The notes under the pieces were generated by a model. The model was not told where the DNA came from and searched no databases. It saw only the letters and a list, made by a program, of their open reading frames with translations. A stretch of DNA of 64,000 nucleotides from an uncultured cyanobacterium (GTDB taxonomy: Bacteria; Cyanobacteriota; Cyanobacteriia; PCC-6307; Cyanobiaceae). The translations under genes were made by a program, and so were the position numbers. Below, piece after piece: positions 1 through 8,753 of this stretch. Where the stretch lies: assembly GCA_903858015.1 (NCBI GenBank), contig CAIOGZ010000045.1, positions 7,178-71,177 of the forward strand. The letters run 5' to 3'. Position 1 is the first letter of the stretch, and each line of letters opens with the position of its first letter.

Positions 1-712
1 GCGGTGGGCTGACTGGCGGGGGCGGCAGCGAAGGGCAGAGCTGGGCAATGATCGAGGGCGATGGGCGCCCTGCCAAGAGGCGCAAGGTCATGGCGCTGGG
101 GGTGCGACTCGCTGCTGAAAAGCGCAAATCAAAACTAACGCGGCTGCTATCGGTTTCGTTGGCGACACTGCCATGGGACAGCAAGCCACCGTCAAAAAAG
201 AGGGCCTGACCAAGGCGAACTTGAATCGGTTGATAATGTTCGCTTCCGTAGTTGTCCTCCACCCAGAGGGTGTTGCCAGCGAAGCAATTGGTGGCTGGCA
301 GCCAGATGTTGATCTGCTCCAATCGACCGGTGACGTTGGCGTCACGGTGCCAGCGACTCACCGAGCCTGAGCCGGCGAGATGGACCCGCATTTTGGGGCG
401 GGCCGCATAGGATATGCGACCACCAAAATAACGGACCACCAATTCATGCACAAAGCGTGTGTAGATTGTATAGAATTCCGAGCTCAATGGCAGGCGTTGC
501 ATCGCTTGGCGCAGGCGCAGATTATCCGGGTAGCCAGGCGGAGTGCCTGGCTTGCAAAGGTTACTTTGATGCAGGTTTTCCAGGTCATCAACCCGGAAAA
601 CCTGATCGCGAAGATAGCGAGCAAAGGGATAGAGTTCTGGGTCGTAGTTGAGCAACCAGGCCGATTGCATTCCAGGCACCTGGCTCCAGCTCTTGAGCGA
701 GTTGTCAGTCAT
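1..712 (-). CDS. Fe(II)/2-oxoglutarate dioxygenase (StrG/PhyH-like), 3' end runs off the window; absent from ORF track
   Basis: Hand translation from the ATG at 712 gives an open frame to the window edge (MTDNSLKSWSQ...). It has HxD in SRWHRDA and a distal His plus RxS in LSHGSVANETDSSRVSFDLRF. The ATG overlaps the TGA of the upstream methyltransferase (ATGA, 709-712). Confidence 0.75.
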   Translation of the reverse strand, partial: MTDNSLKSWSQVPGMQSAWLLNYDPELYPFARYLRDQVFRVDDLENLHQSNLCKPGTPPGYPDNLRLRQAMQRLPLSSEFYTIYTRFVHELVVRYFGGRISYAARPKMRVHLAGSGSVSRWHRDANVTGRLEQINIWLPATNCFAGNTLWVEDNYGSEHYQPIQVRLGQALFFDGGLLSHGSVANETDSSRVSFDLRFSAASRTPSAMTLRLLAGRPSPSIIAQLCPSLPPPPVSPP

Positions 713-3051
713 GGCAATAGCTTGACCAGGCTACGATTCACGATCTGGGCATAGAGAGAGGCACGCTCCCACTTATGCCAGATCATCCCGCCCATCGCCC
801 AGGGCGATTGGGCCTGGGCGCCATACAACTGCTGCCAGGCAACAGGTGTAAGACCAAACTCCGGTTGAGGTCGCAGCACCCCCTCGCTCACCGGCACCAG
901 GCCCACGAGCGCTTGACCATCCACCTGGCCATGGAGCATGGGGTGCAAGGTGATCGGATCAAGCAATAGCGATACTTGCCCCTGCCGCGCCCAGGCCGGT
1001 CCATCGCTCCAACTAATCTGATCGTGCTGCCACTGGCCTGGGGTAGCGATGCCATTCAGGGCCAGACTGTCCGCAGTGAGCCGCAGGCTGCGCAGCACAG
1101 GATGCCCCTTGAGCACAAATTCGCCGCGAAGGGATTGGGCCACTTGAGCATCCTTCTGCCAACAGCCATCGAGTGCAAAACGCTGGTTGCCGCAGAGCAG
1201 GTGGCGGCCCTGCAAGGCAAGAGCACCGGCTAGCTGGCTGCCATTGAGGCTCAGGTTCAAGCAACGGCCCTGGTCGCCCTGGTCGCAGACCTCCAGTACC
1301 AAACGGCCGGCGTCGGAGCGATAGCTGCCCACCGCCATCGCCGGATGCTGGCGGCCAGGAAGCACCTCATGGAACACGAGGCGGTGGTCGGCCGGTACGG
1401 CCTCGCCAGCGGGCCAGATACTGCCCAGCAAGCGCCGCTGGCCGCGGGTATCAACATCAACCCGTAGAAATCCGTGACTGGGTTGCGCCGACGTTGCCTG
1501 CCAACGCAAAACACCGCGCTTAAAGCGGAAATTGCTAATCAGCTTGCCCTGCAGCAACAACCGGGCCCGCGGGCCCTCGCCCAGCAACACCAACAACTGG
1601 TCGGGTTGGTTGGCCTGGTAGACGCCATTCCAGGGGAACAACAGATCGCGCTGGAGTAGGTCGATGTCGGTGCGCAACCTGCCCCATTCGCAATCGCCAT
1701 GGCCCGAGGCGGCCGCGAAAGCCTCCAAATCGGTGGTATCGCAGCGGCCCTGGCTAAGCAGTTGGGCGAGGCGGCGCAGCAAAGGGCGCTGCCGGAACAG
1801 GGCCTCCAACAACTGCCGATTGGCGGCGCAAACCACCTGGCTACCCTTGGCCGCCACCTGGAGAGCGCCGGCATCACGGCTGGCCAACAGGGTGCGCTCA
1901 CGGGCCGTGAGATCGGCAAATTCGGCGCTGGCCAGGGCGGCGTGGGGATTATCCCGGTAGCGATCGGCCAGTTCCTGATCGAGGCGCAGGGCGATCAAAA
2001 ACCGATTGGCGGCGGTTTCGCCTTGCCAGTGGTAACCAGCGGGCACCTGGAACTGGTGAAAGGCAGGAAAAGCCTTACGCTCCCGCGGGCCGTAGGTGCC
2101 GATCTGGCGCAGCGGCGTGGCCACCGGTTTGGGTTGCTGGCCAGGCTGCAACATGCCCAGCTGCTGCATCATCGTGGCGCAGGGAGCGGCGGTGTCTTTC
2201 GGGGCTAGATAAAAGGTGGAGATGCCCGTCACCTTGGCTTGGGTGTCGGGATCGTGCAGGGCACTGAGGGGATAGTGCTCGATCACGGGCGCGATCGTGG
2301 GGAAGCGGGAAGCGATGTAGTTGGTAACCTGGTAGTCGGGGCCATAGTGCTGCTGTAGATAGGAAACAAAAATGGAGAAATTATCATTGATATAGCCCTT
2401 GCGGCGATAGCCCATCTCACCGATCAAGCCCACCTGCCAGAGCACCACATGCAGCTGGGTCGAGGGCAGCCGTTTGCGGATCAGCATGTCGGTAGCCTCA
2501 TGCATTTGCATGCCTGGATGGGCGGGATCCACGCCGAGATCGGCGCACAGACAATCCAAGGCCGACACACTGGGCCGCATCACGGCATGGTGGCCCTCGC
2601 GCCGGGCGATCTGAATGGCACGGTGGGTGGAAAGAACAAAAATACCGGGATGGCCGTAGTAAATCGCCACTACCTTCTTGCCCTGACGAAGCGGGAATAA
2701 CATCGCCTCGGTCATCTGCATGTAGGTGGTGTAACGCACCTTGCTGTCGTCATAGAGCACATAAAGATCGAGGGCGTCCGGCCGCCGTTGCTTGATCCAG
2801 GTAACGGTGGCGGGATCGGCCACGCAGAAGAACACGGCGTCGGCGCCAAGAATCAGCTCTTCATCGCCGAGGGTGAAGCCGAGGATGCCGATGCCCGAGC
2901 CGATGATCGTGAGGCTGCCGGGCTGCTGGGGAGGGGTGGCGGCAGGTGCTTCCTGAATGGCATCGGCCTGGGCGGCGATCTGGGCAGCCAGCTGCTGCCA
3001 GGCCCGGGCATGGTGCTCCTGGCTGGGTAAACGATTGGGGGTGATGGTCAT
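709..3051 (-). CDS. Borosin-family SAM-dependent peptide alpha-N-methyltransferase with BBD/LigA-like helical bundle and long C-terminal extension
   Basis: GSLTIIGSGI, VADPAT, LYDDSKVRYTTY (Tyr/Arg/Tyr catalytic set as in OphMA), YYGHPG, SALDCLCADLGVDP, EAT, WQVG and STFYLAP all follow the borosin methyltransferase pattern. A BBD-like segment follows (ANRFLIALRLDQELADRYRDNP...LTARERTLL). Likely start is the ATG at 3051. Confidence 0.85.
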   Translation of the reverse strand: MTITPNRLPSQEHHARAWQQLAAQIAAQADAIQEAPAATPPQQPGSLTIIGSGIGILGFTLGDEELILGADAVFFCVADPATVTWIKQRRPDALDLYVLYDDSKVRYTTYMQMTEAMLFPLRQGKKVVAIYYGHPGIFVLSTHRAIQIARREGHHAVMRPSVSALDCLCADLGVDPAHPGMQMHEATDMLIRKRLPSTQLHVVLWQVGLIGEMGYRRKGYINDNFSIFVSYLQQHYGPDYQVTNYIASRFPTIAPVIEHYPLSALHDPDTQAKVTGISTFYLAPKDTAAPCATMMQQLGMLQPGQQPKPVATPLRQIGTYGPRERKAFPAFHQFQVPAGYHWQGETAANRFLIALRLDQELADRYRDNPHAALASAEFADLTARERTLLASRDAGALQVAAKGSQVVCAANRQLLEALFRQRPLLRRLAQLLSQGRCDTTDLEAFAAASGHGDCEWGRLRTDIDLLQRDLLFPWNGVYQANQPDQLLVLLGEGPRARLLLQGKLISNFRFKRGVLRWQATSAQPSHGFLRVDVDTRGQRRLLGSIWPAGEAVPADHRLVFHEVLPGRQHPAMAVGSYRSDAGRLVLEVCDQGDQGRCLNLSLNGSQLAGALALQGRHLLCGNQRFALDGCWQKDAQVAQSLRGEFVLKGHPVLRSLRLTADSLALNGIATPGQWQHDQISWSDGPAWARQGQVSLLLDPITLHPMLHGQVDGQALVGLVPVSEGVLRPQPEFGLTPVAWQQLYGAQAQSPWAMGGMIWHKWERASLYAQIVNRSLVKLLP

Positions 3052-3223
3052 GGTGTTGTGAAACGGTGGGGAAGTTTTAAAAGGCAGGATGAGCAAAAGA
3101 ATGCAGCAAAAGGTTCGCCGCAGCCATAACGATCAAATGGCTGCGAGTCTTCAAATAAGCGAATGAATGCCACGCCACGCCTCAATAGCCAACAACGGTT
3201 GCTAGCCGGAAGCGAAACGGAAA

Positions 3224-5569
3224 CTAAGCGGCGCTACTGCCACTCAGGGTCATAAGGCTCCACTGGGCACTGGCGCAGTTGATCGCTGAACCCCAGCCGG
3301 TGGCCTGCAGCTGGCTCCAGCCGCTGCCGTTGTAATACTCCACCGCACCACTCCCGAGCCCTACCAGCACCTGGGGCTGGCCACTGGCGAGCCAGTTCGC
3401 CTCCATGCAGGTGACGGCAGACCCCCAGCCGATGCCCTGCAGCTGGCTCCAGCCGCTGCCGTTGTAATACTCCACCGCACCACTCCCGAGCCCCACCAGC
3501 ACCTGGGGCTGGCCACTGGCGAGCCAGTTCACCTGCATGCAGGTGACAGCAGACCCCCAGCCGGTGGCTTGCAGCTGGCTCCAGCCGCTGCCGTCGTAGT
3601 ATTCAACAGCTGAATCACCTAGGCCCACAACGAGTTGGAGCAGCGCATAGGGAGAGGTGATGGCCGAGAGATAGTTCAGTGATGTCTGGCACCCCACCAA
3701 GACCGGCGGGGAAACGTTGTTGTAGGTGTAGTTTGCCAAAAGATTATAGGCTTCGTATTGCTCACTGCTGCTGGCAAAGGCACTCATTTGGTTCACGAGC
3801 GCTGATTGCGCCTGCGGCGTCCATTGCCAACTATTGGCGGCATTTTGGGCTGTGCTATTTGGAGTAGAGAGAATGGAGCTAAGCACCATTTGCTGGCTGG
3901 TGATCGAAGGCTGCGCTTGCTGAACCCAATCGGCAAAGGTGCTCCAGCACTGCTGCGGGGTGTTGTTGGGATTGAGCATGTAATTCACCAGCAGCCCCAA
4001 GCCTGTGGATTGCTGTGGTGCCATCGAATTCATATCGTCGACCGCAGCTGTTTTCCAGACGCCAAGCAATTTCTGGGCCGAAATCATGCAAAACACAATT
4101 GCCAAATTGTCCACAAGGGCTGGGAAACCCTTGTCCATGATCCAGCCGCCAAGCTGATTGAGCAGGGTGTTGACCCCGCCCTTGGGCACCTCAACGTCCG
4201 TGTCGGTATCCGTATCGATATCGGTGTCGGTATCTGTATCGGTATCCGTGACATTGTCGGTATCGGTGACAACGTCTACGTCGCTATCAATATCAACGTC
4301 AATATCAACATCTACATCAATGATGGCAAATACATCTACGTCAATATCAACATCTACATCAATATCGACATCCGTATCCACATCGGTATCAACAACGGTG
4401 TCAGTGTCTTCCACGATATCTGTGTCGATGTCCGTGTCAACATCAACATCCACATCAACATCGACATTGATCGGATCGATGTCTTCGCCCAGCTCCGCGA
4501 TCGGATCGGCGGTGGCAGCTTGGCTGGAAAGATTTTCATTGATCGAGGCTACCAGCTTGCCGAGGTTGCTGTAGAGGAAAGCCATGCCATTGGCTACACC
4601 CTCTAGTACAAATGCCGCCATGTTTAGCACCATCAGCAACTGCACGGTGCGAAACGACACGAAGGCCATGTCGTAGGCCGCCACCCACCAGGGGATGGTG
4701 GGATTGGCATAGGGCTGGGCGATCAGGCTGGTGCCATTCAACGTGCCGCTCAGACAGAGCACGATCTGATCAGGACTGCCCTCCCAGGACAAACTGCGCG
4801 GGATACCAGCCAGCCATAATCCTTGGGTACTGCTGCCCCCGCTTGAACTCAACACCCCACCGCTGACGCTTAGGGGTGGCGTGAATGCGGATGCGCTGGA
4901 GGTTTTGGCAGGTGCATAGCTGGCGGCGCCATTGGCAATCGTAAGGGTGCCAACGCTGACGGTGGGCAGCACCAGATTGCTGGTGGAGGTGGTATCTGGC
5001 TCAAAGCAGAAGTAGGTGCCACTCCAGGGGAAGAGGGTGTTGTTGGCCCAGTAGGCCAGGGCTGCCATCTGCGGTTCCGTGCCGCCAGCCATGCCGTTGG
5101 CAGTACAAAAGGCGGCAACGTTGGTTTCCAGCTCAGCCGGGCTGGTGGAGGTATAGTAAATTTCGCTAAATTGCAGGGCCAGTGGTGAATAGGGCTGGGC
5201 CATGGTCTGCAGGTAAAAGCTCCAGCAGGTCTGGGCTATGGCTAGATCTGCCTGGGTGACTGTGGTGGCCGCTTTCTTGCTGAGGGGGGGCACCCAGACC
5301 AGCACAGGAAATTCGTTGTCTTGTTGCGCCAGTACGAGCCGGCTGCTGGAAGTTGATGGTGTAAAAGTGCCACTGCCATTGGCGGGAATGACGGCAATCT
5401 GGGTGTAGGTCGGCGCATAGTCAGCCGATTCCGTGCTGGGCGGTGAGCTGGGGGGGTTGGCACTGAAGGTGTAGTACACAATCAGCGGGGTGGCCAGCTG
5501 GTTGGTTACCGTGAGAAGGTTACTACTGCTCGATGAACTGGAACTGGTCGAACTTCCTGAAGCTGTCAT
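3224..5569 (-). CDS. Large protein with internal Asp-periodic (D-V/I/T)n tract, flanking hydrophobic helices and 3 C-terminal Trp-rich repeats; candidate borosin substrate
   Basis: ORF 3224..5608, likely start ATG 5569. About 95 aa of DVDVDTDID-type tract sit between two apolar helices. No signal peptide. Lies directly upstream of the methyltransferase on the same strand. Confidence 0.7.
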   Translation of the reverse strand: MTASGSSTSSSSSSSSNLLTVTNQLATPLIVYYTFSANPPSSPPSTESADYAPTYTQIAVIPANGSGTFTPSTSSSRLVLAQQDNEFPVLVWVPPLSKKAATTVTQADLAIAQTCWSFYLQTMAQPYSPLALQFSEIYYTSTSPAELETNVAAFCTANGMAGGTEPQMAALAYWANNTLFPWSGTYFCFEPDTTSTSNLVLPTVSVGTLTIANGAASYAPAKTSSASAFTPPLSVSGGVLSSSGGSSTQGLWLAGIPRSLSWEGSPDQIVLCLSGTLNGTSLIAQPYANPTIPWWVAAYDMAFVSFRTVQLLMVLNMAAFVLEGVANGMAFLYSNLGKLVASINENLSSQAATADPIAELGEDIDPINVDVDVDVDVDTDIDTDIVEDTDTVVDTDVDTDVDIDVDVDIDVDVFAIIDVDVDIDVDIDSDVDVVTDTDNVTDTDTDTDTDIDTDTDTDVEVPKGGVNTLLNQLGGWIMDKGFPALVDNLAIVFCMISAQKLLGVWKTAAVDDMNSMAPQQSTGLGLLVNYMLNPNNTPQQCWSTFADWVQQAQPSITSQQMVLSSILSTPNSTAQNAANSWQWTPQAQSALVNQMSAFASSSEQYEAYNLLANYTYNNVSPPVLVGCQTSLNYLSAITSPYALLQLVVGLGDSAVEYYDGSGWSQLQATGWGSAVTCMQVNWLASGQPQVLVGLGSGAVEYYNGSGWSQLQGIGWGSAVTCMEANWLASGQPQVLVGLGSGAVEYYNGSGWSQLQATGWGSAINCASAQWSLMTLSGSSAA
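3260..3640 (-). repeat. Three tandem 44-aa repeats (VGLGxxAVEYYxGSGWSQLQxxGWGSA), beta-propeller-blade-like
   Basis: Near-identical 132-bp tandem units are visible at DNA level. Confidence 0.85.
4190..4485 (-). repeat. Coding low-complexity (Asp-X)n tract, X = V/I/T
   Basis: DIDPINVDVDVDVDVDTDIDTDIVEDTDTVVDTDVDTDVDIDVDVDIDVDVF...DTDTDVEV, with mixed synonymous codons. Confidence 0.9.
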
Positions 5570-5646
5570 CACAAGGGGGCTGCAATGGTATTGAGGGGAA
5601 AGCCCCACTCCCTTAGAGGTGGGGCTGCAGATTGACCTTTAGCGGC

Positions 5647-8607
5647 TTATTCGAGATCAGCTAAATCACCAAGGTCACCATCCCCATCTCCATCCCCATC
5701 TCCATCCCCATCTCCATCACCATCACCATCACCATCACCATCACCATCTTCATCTTCCTTTTCCTGCTCATCCGATTCGTCAGCCTCTTCTTCTGACACC
5801 GTATCTTGTTGTTTAATAACATTGGCTGATGCTGCATCGCCTAAAGAGACATTCTCGTCTGCGATTGCTGTTTGATTGTCAGCAATACTAGTCTGAATAT
5901 TTTCCAGAGTTTCGCTAGCTTCACTTGATTCAGGATCAACCTCTTCTAGTTGATCCCTATCGGATTCTATTGTGGAGTTTTCAGCTTCGGTTGCCGGGTC
6001 GTTTTCTAATTCTTGCTGACTATGCACTTCACCGGCTTGTTGTGAGAGCTCTGCCTCCTCAATTGCCTCGTCATTTGCGTTAATGACAGTATCTTCACTG
6101 ATTTCACCTCCATCAACCGCCTCATCCTCTTCGTTTTCGGCGTTCTTGACCGACGGCTCGTCACTGGCTTGTGCCTCGCTCAGGCTATCGCCTGTCTTTA
6201 CCTCTTCATCAATGCCGGCGTCTTCCGCTTTCTCCTGAGCATCGTCCCTGAGCTCAGCTTCCTTGTCAGCGATCTCCTCTGAAGATGGATCCTCCCCACT
6301 CTCGCATTTTTCTTTGATCCAATCAAAGGTATCTCTCATGCAATCTATTCCAAATTTGAGCACCATGAGCAGCTGAAAAGCTTTAAATGCGTTAGAATTC
6401 ATAGCCCTATCAAAGGCTTTTCCTTCCTTGGCTGAAAATGTCCTGCTCAAATCTATTGGCGAGCCTATGACATTGGTACCGTTGATCAACCCAACTAACG
6501 CTTGAATGGGTATGCCCGTATCGTCTGAATTACCAGTCATTTGGGCCATGTCCACAAAGGTGCATTGCAGGCAGATGGCGGTGAATCCATCGCTATTGGC
6601 GTTAACCAACTGTTCATCCACGAAGTTGAGGCTAACGGACTTACTGCCTGTTGGATTCCAGTTGATTGAGTACCCCGCATTGGCATCGGAAACTGCAGCC
6701 AGCGTGGGTCCTGATTGGGTGAATACCACTGTGCCCAAGGATTTATATTGCTCATTAACTTTCACACTTGTGCTGCCAGTGGTACTGCTGCTATCACTGG
6801 TATCTGGAGTGACAGTGTAAAAGTTGTATGTATAAGTGGGCTGAAAATTTGCCCAGGCGTAGGCGTAGGCCGAGAGGTAGCTGCAGACCGCGCTATAAAT
6901 CTGGAAATTTACATTCTGGTAATTGCTTGTCTGTGCAAAGAACAGATCGACATTTGTAGCTTCAGCTGTTCCAGCACTACAATCTGCGTTCAACGCAGCC
7001 GTAAACTGCTGGGCCTGAGCGGATGAAGGATAAGCCATTATGTTCTGCTGAAATACATAGGCATTGGCAGCAGAACTTGAGTTGCATGGTGCTAGCGGCA
7101 ATACCGGTATGGCCGGAAATGTAAACATTCCCTTATCTTCAGCAACGGTAGCAACCGGAAAGTAATTATTGGATTGGGAAAGAAGAAGGGTGTAGCTTTG
7201 ATTAACTTGAGTGTCGTTTTCAGGTTCAAGATAGGGCAATAAATCAAGGGTCCCAGTTTCGCCTAGCGGTAGAACATTCGACATTGTATTAATCTCATTT
7301 TGGCTGGTAGTGCCCTCAGAGATGAAGCTGAGTAGAATCAGATTGCTCTGGAGATAACAGACTGTAGTTGCATTGGTGGTGTTATAGCCGCTTATGACCA
7401 CGATGCCTCCGTCCCATCCTGTTTGGGCTGGCGTATTTGGGTTGGTGGGCAGAATCAGATTGTTGTTGACGGAGCAGGTGTTTTGTGGCGTGGTGCTGCC
7501 ATTCAAGGGCGACACGGCCCACTGGGCACTGCCGCATGCAATCGCCGAGCCCCAACCCGCGCCCTGTAGTTGACTCCAGCTCGAGCCGTCAAAAGACTGA
7601 ACGGAACTATCGGCCAGGCCAACAATGATCTGGGGGTTCTCAAGACCGAGCCAACTCACCTGCAGGTAGCCTGCGGAGCTGCCCCAGCCGCTGCCTTGCA
7701 ACTGGCTCCAGCTGCTGCCGTTGTAATACTGCACCGAGCCATCACTCAGAGCCACCACCACCTGGGGAGCGCCACTAGCCGGCCAGTTCACCTCCATGCC
7801 AGTCACAGAGGAGCCCCAGCCCGTGCCTTGCAGCTGGCTCCAGCCATTGCCGTTGTAATACTCCACCGCGCCGCTGTTCAGACCCACCACCACCTGCGGA
7901 TCGGCTGATGTCCACTGCACCGCCAGCTGGCCGGCATTGGAACCCCAGCCCGTGGCCTGCAATTGGTTCCAGGAGCTGCCGTTGTAGTACTGCACCGATC
8001 CGTTGCCCAAACCCACGACGACCTCAGGCGTGCCGGAACCGTTCCAATTCACCGCCAGCGAACCTACGGAGTTCTTCCAGCCTGTGCCTTGCAACTGGCT
8101 CCAGCTGCTGCCGTTGTAGTACTGCACGGAGCTGTTGCCCAGCCCCACCACCACCTGGGGATTGCCACTGGCCGGCCAATTTACCTCCATGCAATTGACA
8201 GAGTTGTCCCAGCCCGTGCCCTGCAGCTGGCTCCAGCCACTGCCGTTGTAATACTCCACCGCACCACTGCTGAGCCCTACCACCACCAACGGATTGGCGG
8301 ATGTCCACTGCACCGCCAGCTGGCTGGCACTGGAATCCCAGCCCGTGCCCTGCAGCTGGCCCCAGGAGCTACCGTTGTAATACTGCACGGAACTGTTCCC
8401 GAGCCCGACGACGATCTGCGGCGTGCCGTACTCACTGAAAGTCACCGCCATCGACTTCACAGAGCTGGACCAACTCGTGTCTTGTAATTGACTCCAACCG
8501 CTGCCGTTGTAGTACTCCACGGCAGCATCGCCGAGTCCCACGACGATCTGAAGCTGCGGGGAAGTTGGACTGGTGGTGCTGGTGACTGATGCTGAAGATT
8601 GAGTCAT
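5647..8607 (-). CDS. Large protein: 8 N-terminal Trp-rich propeller-like repeats, central domain paralogous to the 3224 protein, long acidic tail ending in (DG)12
   Basis: 986-aa ORF. FQQNIMAYPSSAQAQQF aligns with FYLQTMAQPYSPLALQF, and AFKAFQLLMVL aligns with SFRTVQLLMVL of the neighbour. No signal peptide. Confidence 0.75.
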   Translation of the reverse strand: MTQSSASVTSTTSPTSPQLQIVVGLGDAAVEYYNGSGWSQLQDTSWSSSVKSMAVTFSEYGTPQIVVGLGNSSVQYYNGSSWGQLQGTGWDSSASQLAVQWTSANPLVVVGLSSGAVEYYNGSGWSQLQGTGWDNSVNCMEVNWPASGNPQVVVGLGNSSVQYYNGSSWSQLQGTGWKNSVGSLAVNWNGSGTPEVVVGLGNGSVQYYNGSSWNQLQATGWGSNAGQLAVQWTSADPQVVVGLNSGAVEYYNGNGWSQLQGTGWGSSVTGMEVNWPASGAPQVVVALSDGSVQYYNGSSWSQLQGSGWGSSAGYLQVSWLGLENPQIIVGLADSSVQSFDGSSWSQLQGAGWGSAIACGSAQWAVSPLNGSTTPQNTCSVNNNLILPTNPNTPAQTGWDGGIVVISGYNTTNATTVCYLQSNLILLSFISEGTTSQNEINTMSNVLPLGETGTLDLLPYLEPENDTQVNQSYTLLLSQSNNYFPVATVAEDKGMFTFPAIPVLPLAPCNSSSAANAYVFQQNIMAYPSSAQAQQFTAALNADCSAGTAEATNVDLFFAQTSNYQNVNFQIYSAVCSYLSAYAYAWANFQPTYTYNFYTVTPDTSDSSSTTGSTSVKVNEQYKSLGTVVFTQSGPTLAAVSDANAGYSINWNPTGSKSVSLNFVDEQLVNANSDGFTAICLQCTFVDMAQMTGNSDDTGIPIQALVGLINGTNVIGSPIDLSRTFSAKEGKAFDRAMNSNAFKAFQLLMVLKFGIDCMRDTFDWIKEKCESGEDPSSEEIADKEAELRDDAQEKAEDAGIDEEVKTGDSLSEAQASDEPSVKNAENEEDEAVDGGEISEDTVINANDEAIEEAELSQQAGEVHSQQELENDPATEAENSTIESDRDQLEEVDPESSEASETLENIQTSIADNQTAIADENVSLGDAASANVIKQQDTVSEEEADESDEQEKEDEDGDGDGDGDGDGDGDGDGDGDGDGDLGDLADLE
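5674..5748 (-). repeat. (Asp-Gly)12-Asp coding repeat
   Basis: GAT-GGN hexamer repeats; 25 codons counted directly. Confidence 0.9.
7519..8559 (-). repeat. Eight tandem 43-44 aa repeats (PQVVVGLxxxxVxYYNGSxWSQLQGTGW), probable 8-bladed beta-propeller
   Basis: Eight units counted in the translation; same consensus as the 3260-3640 repeats. Confidence 0.85.
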
Positions 8608-8753
8608 GACTGCAAAGAAAAAATGGTGAGGAAAAGCGATCTGGATGAGGCCCCATGCAATGCAGGGAGCCAGATGTGCCTGCAGTCAGGGGGGACGACA
8701 GAAAGAATGGAGTTGATGCAAGAGCTTGATTGCTCTTGTGTGGCTGATTTGAA

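Noticed and set aside
709-3051. Cobalamin/siroheme (tetrapyrrole) methylase annotation
   Set aside because: Same fold family, but the Y..R..Y set, YGHPG, WQVG and the following BBD-like bundle fit borosin enzymes, and no cob genes are nearby.
4158-4574. Plus-strand Ser/Thr/Val-rich ORFs (4158-4574, 3806-4606)
   Set aside because: Antisense shadows of the (Asp-X)n tract.
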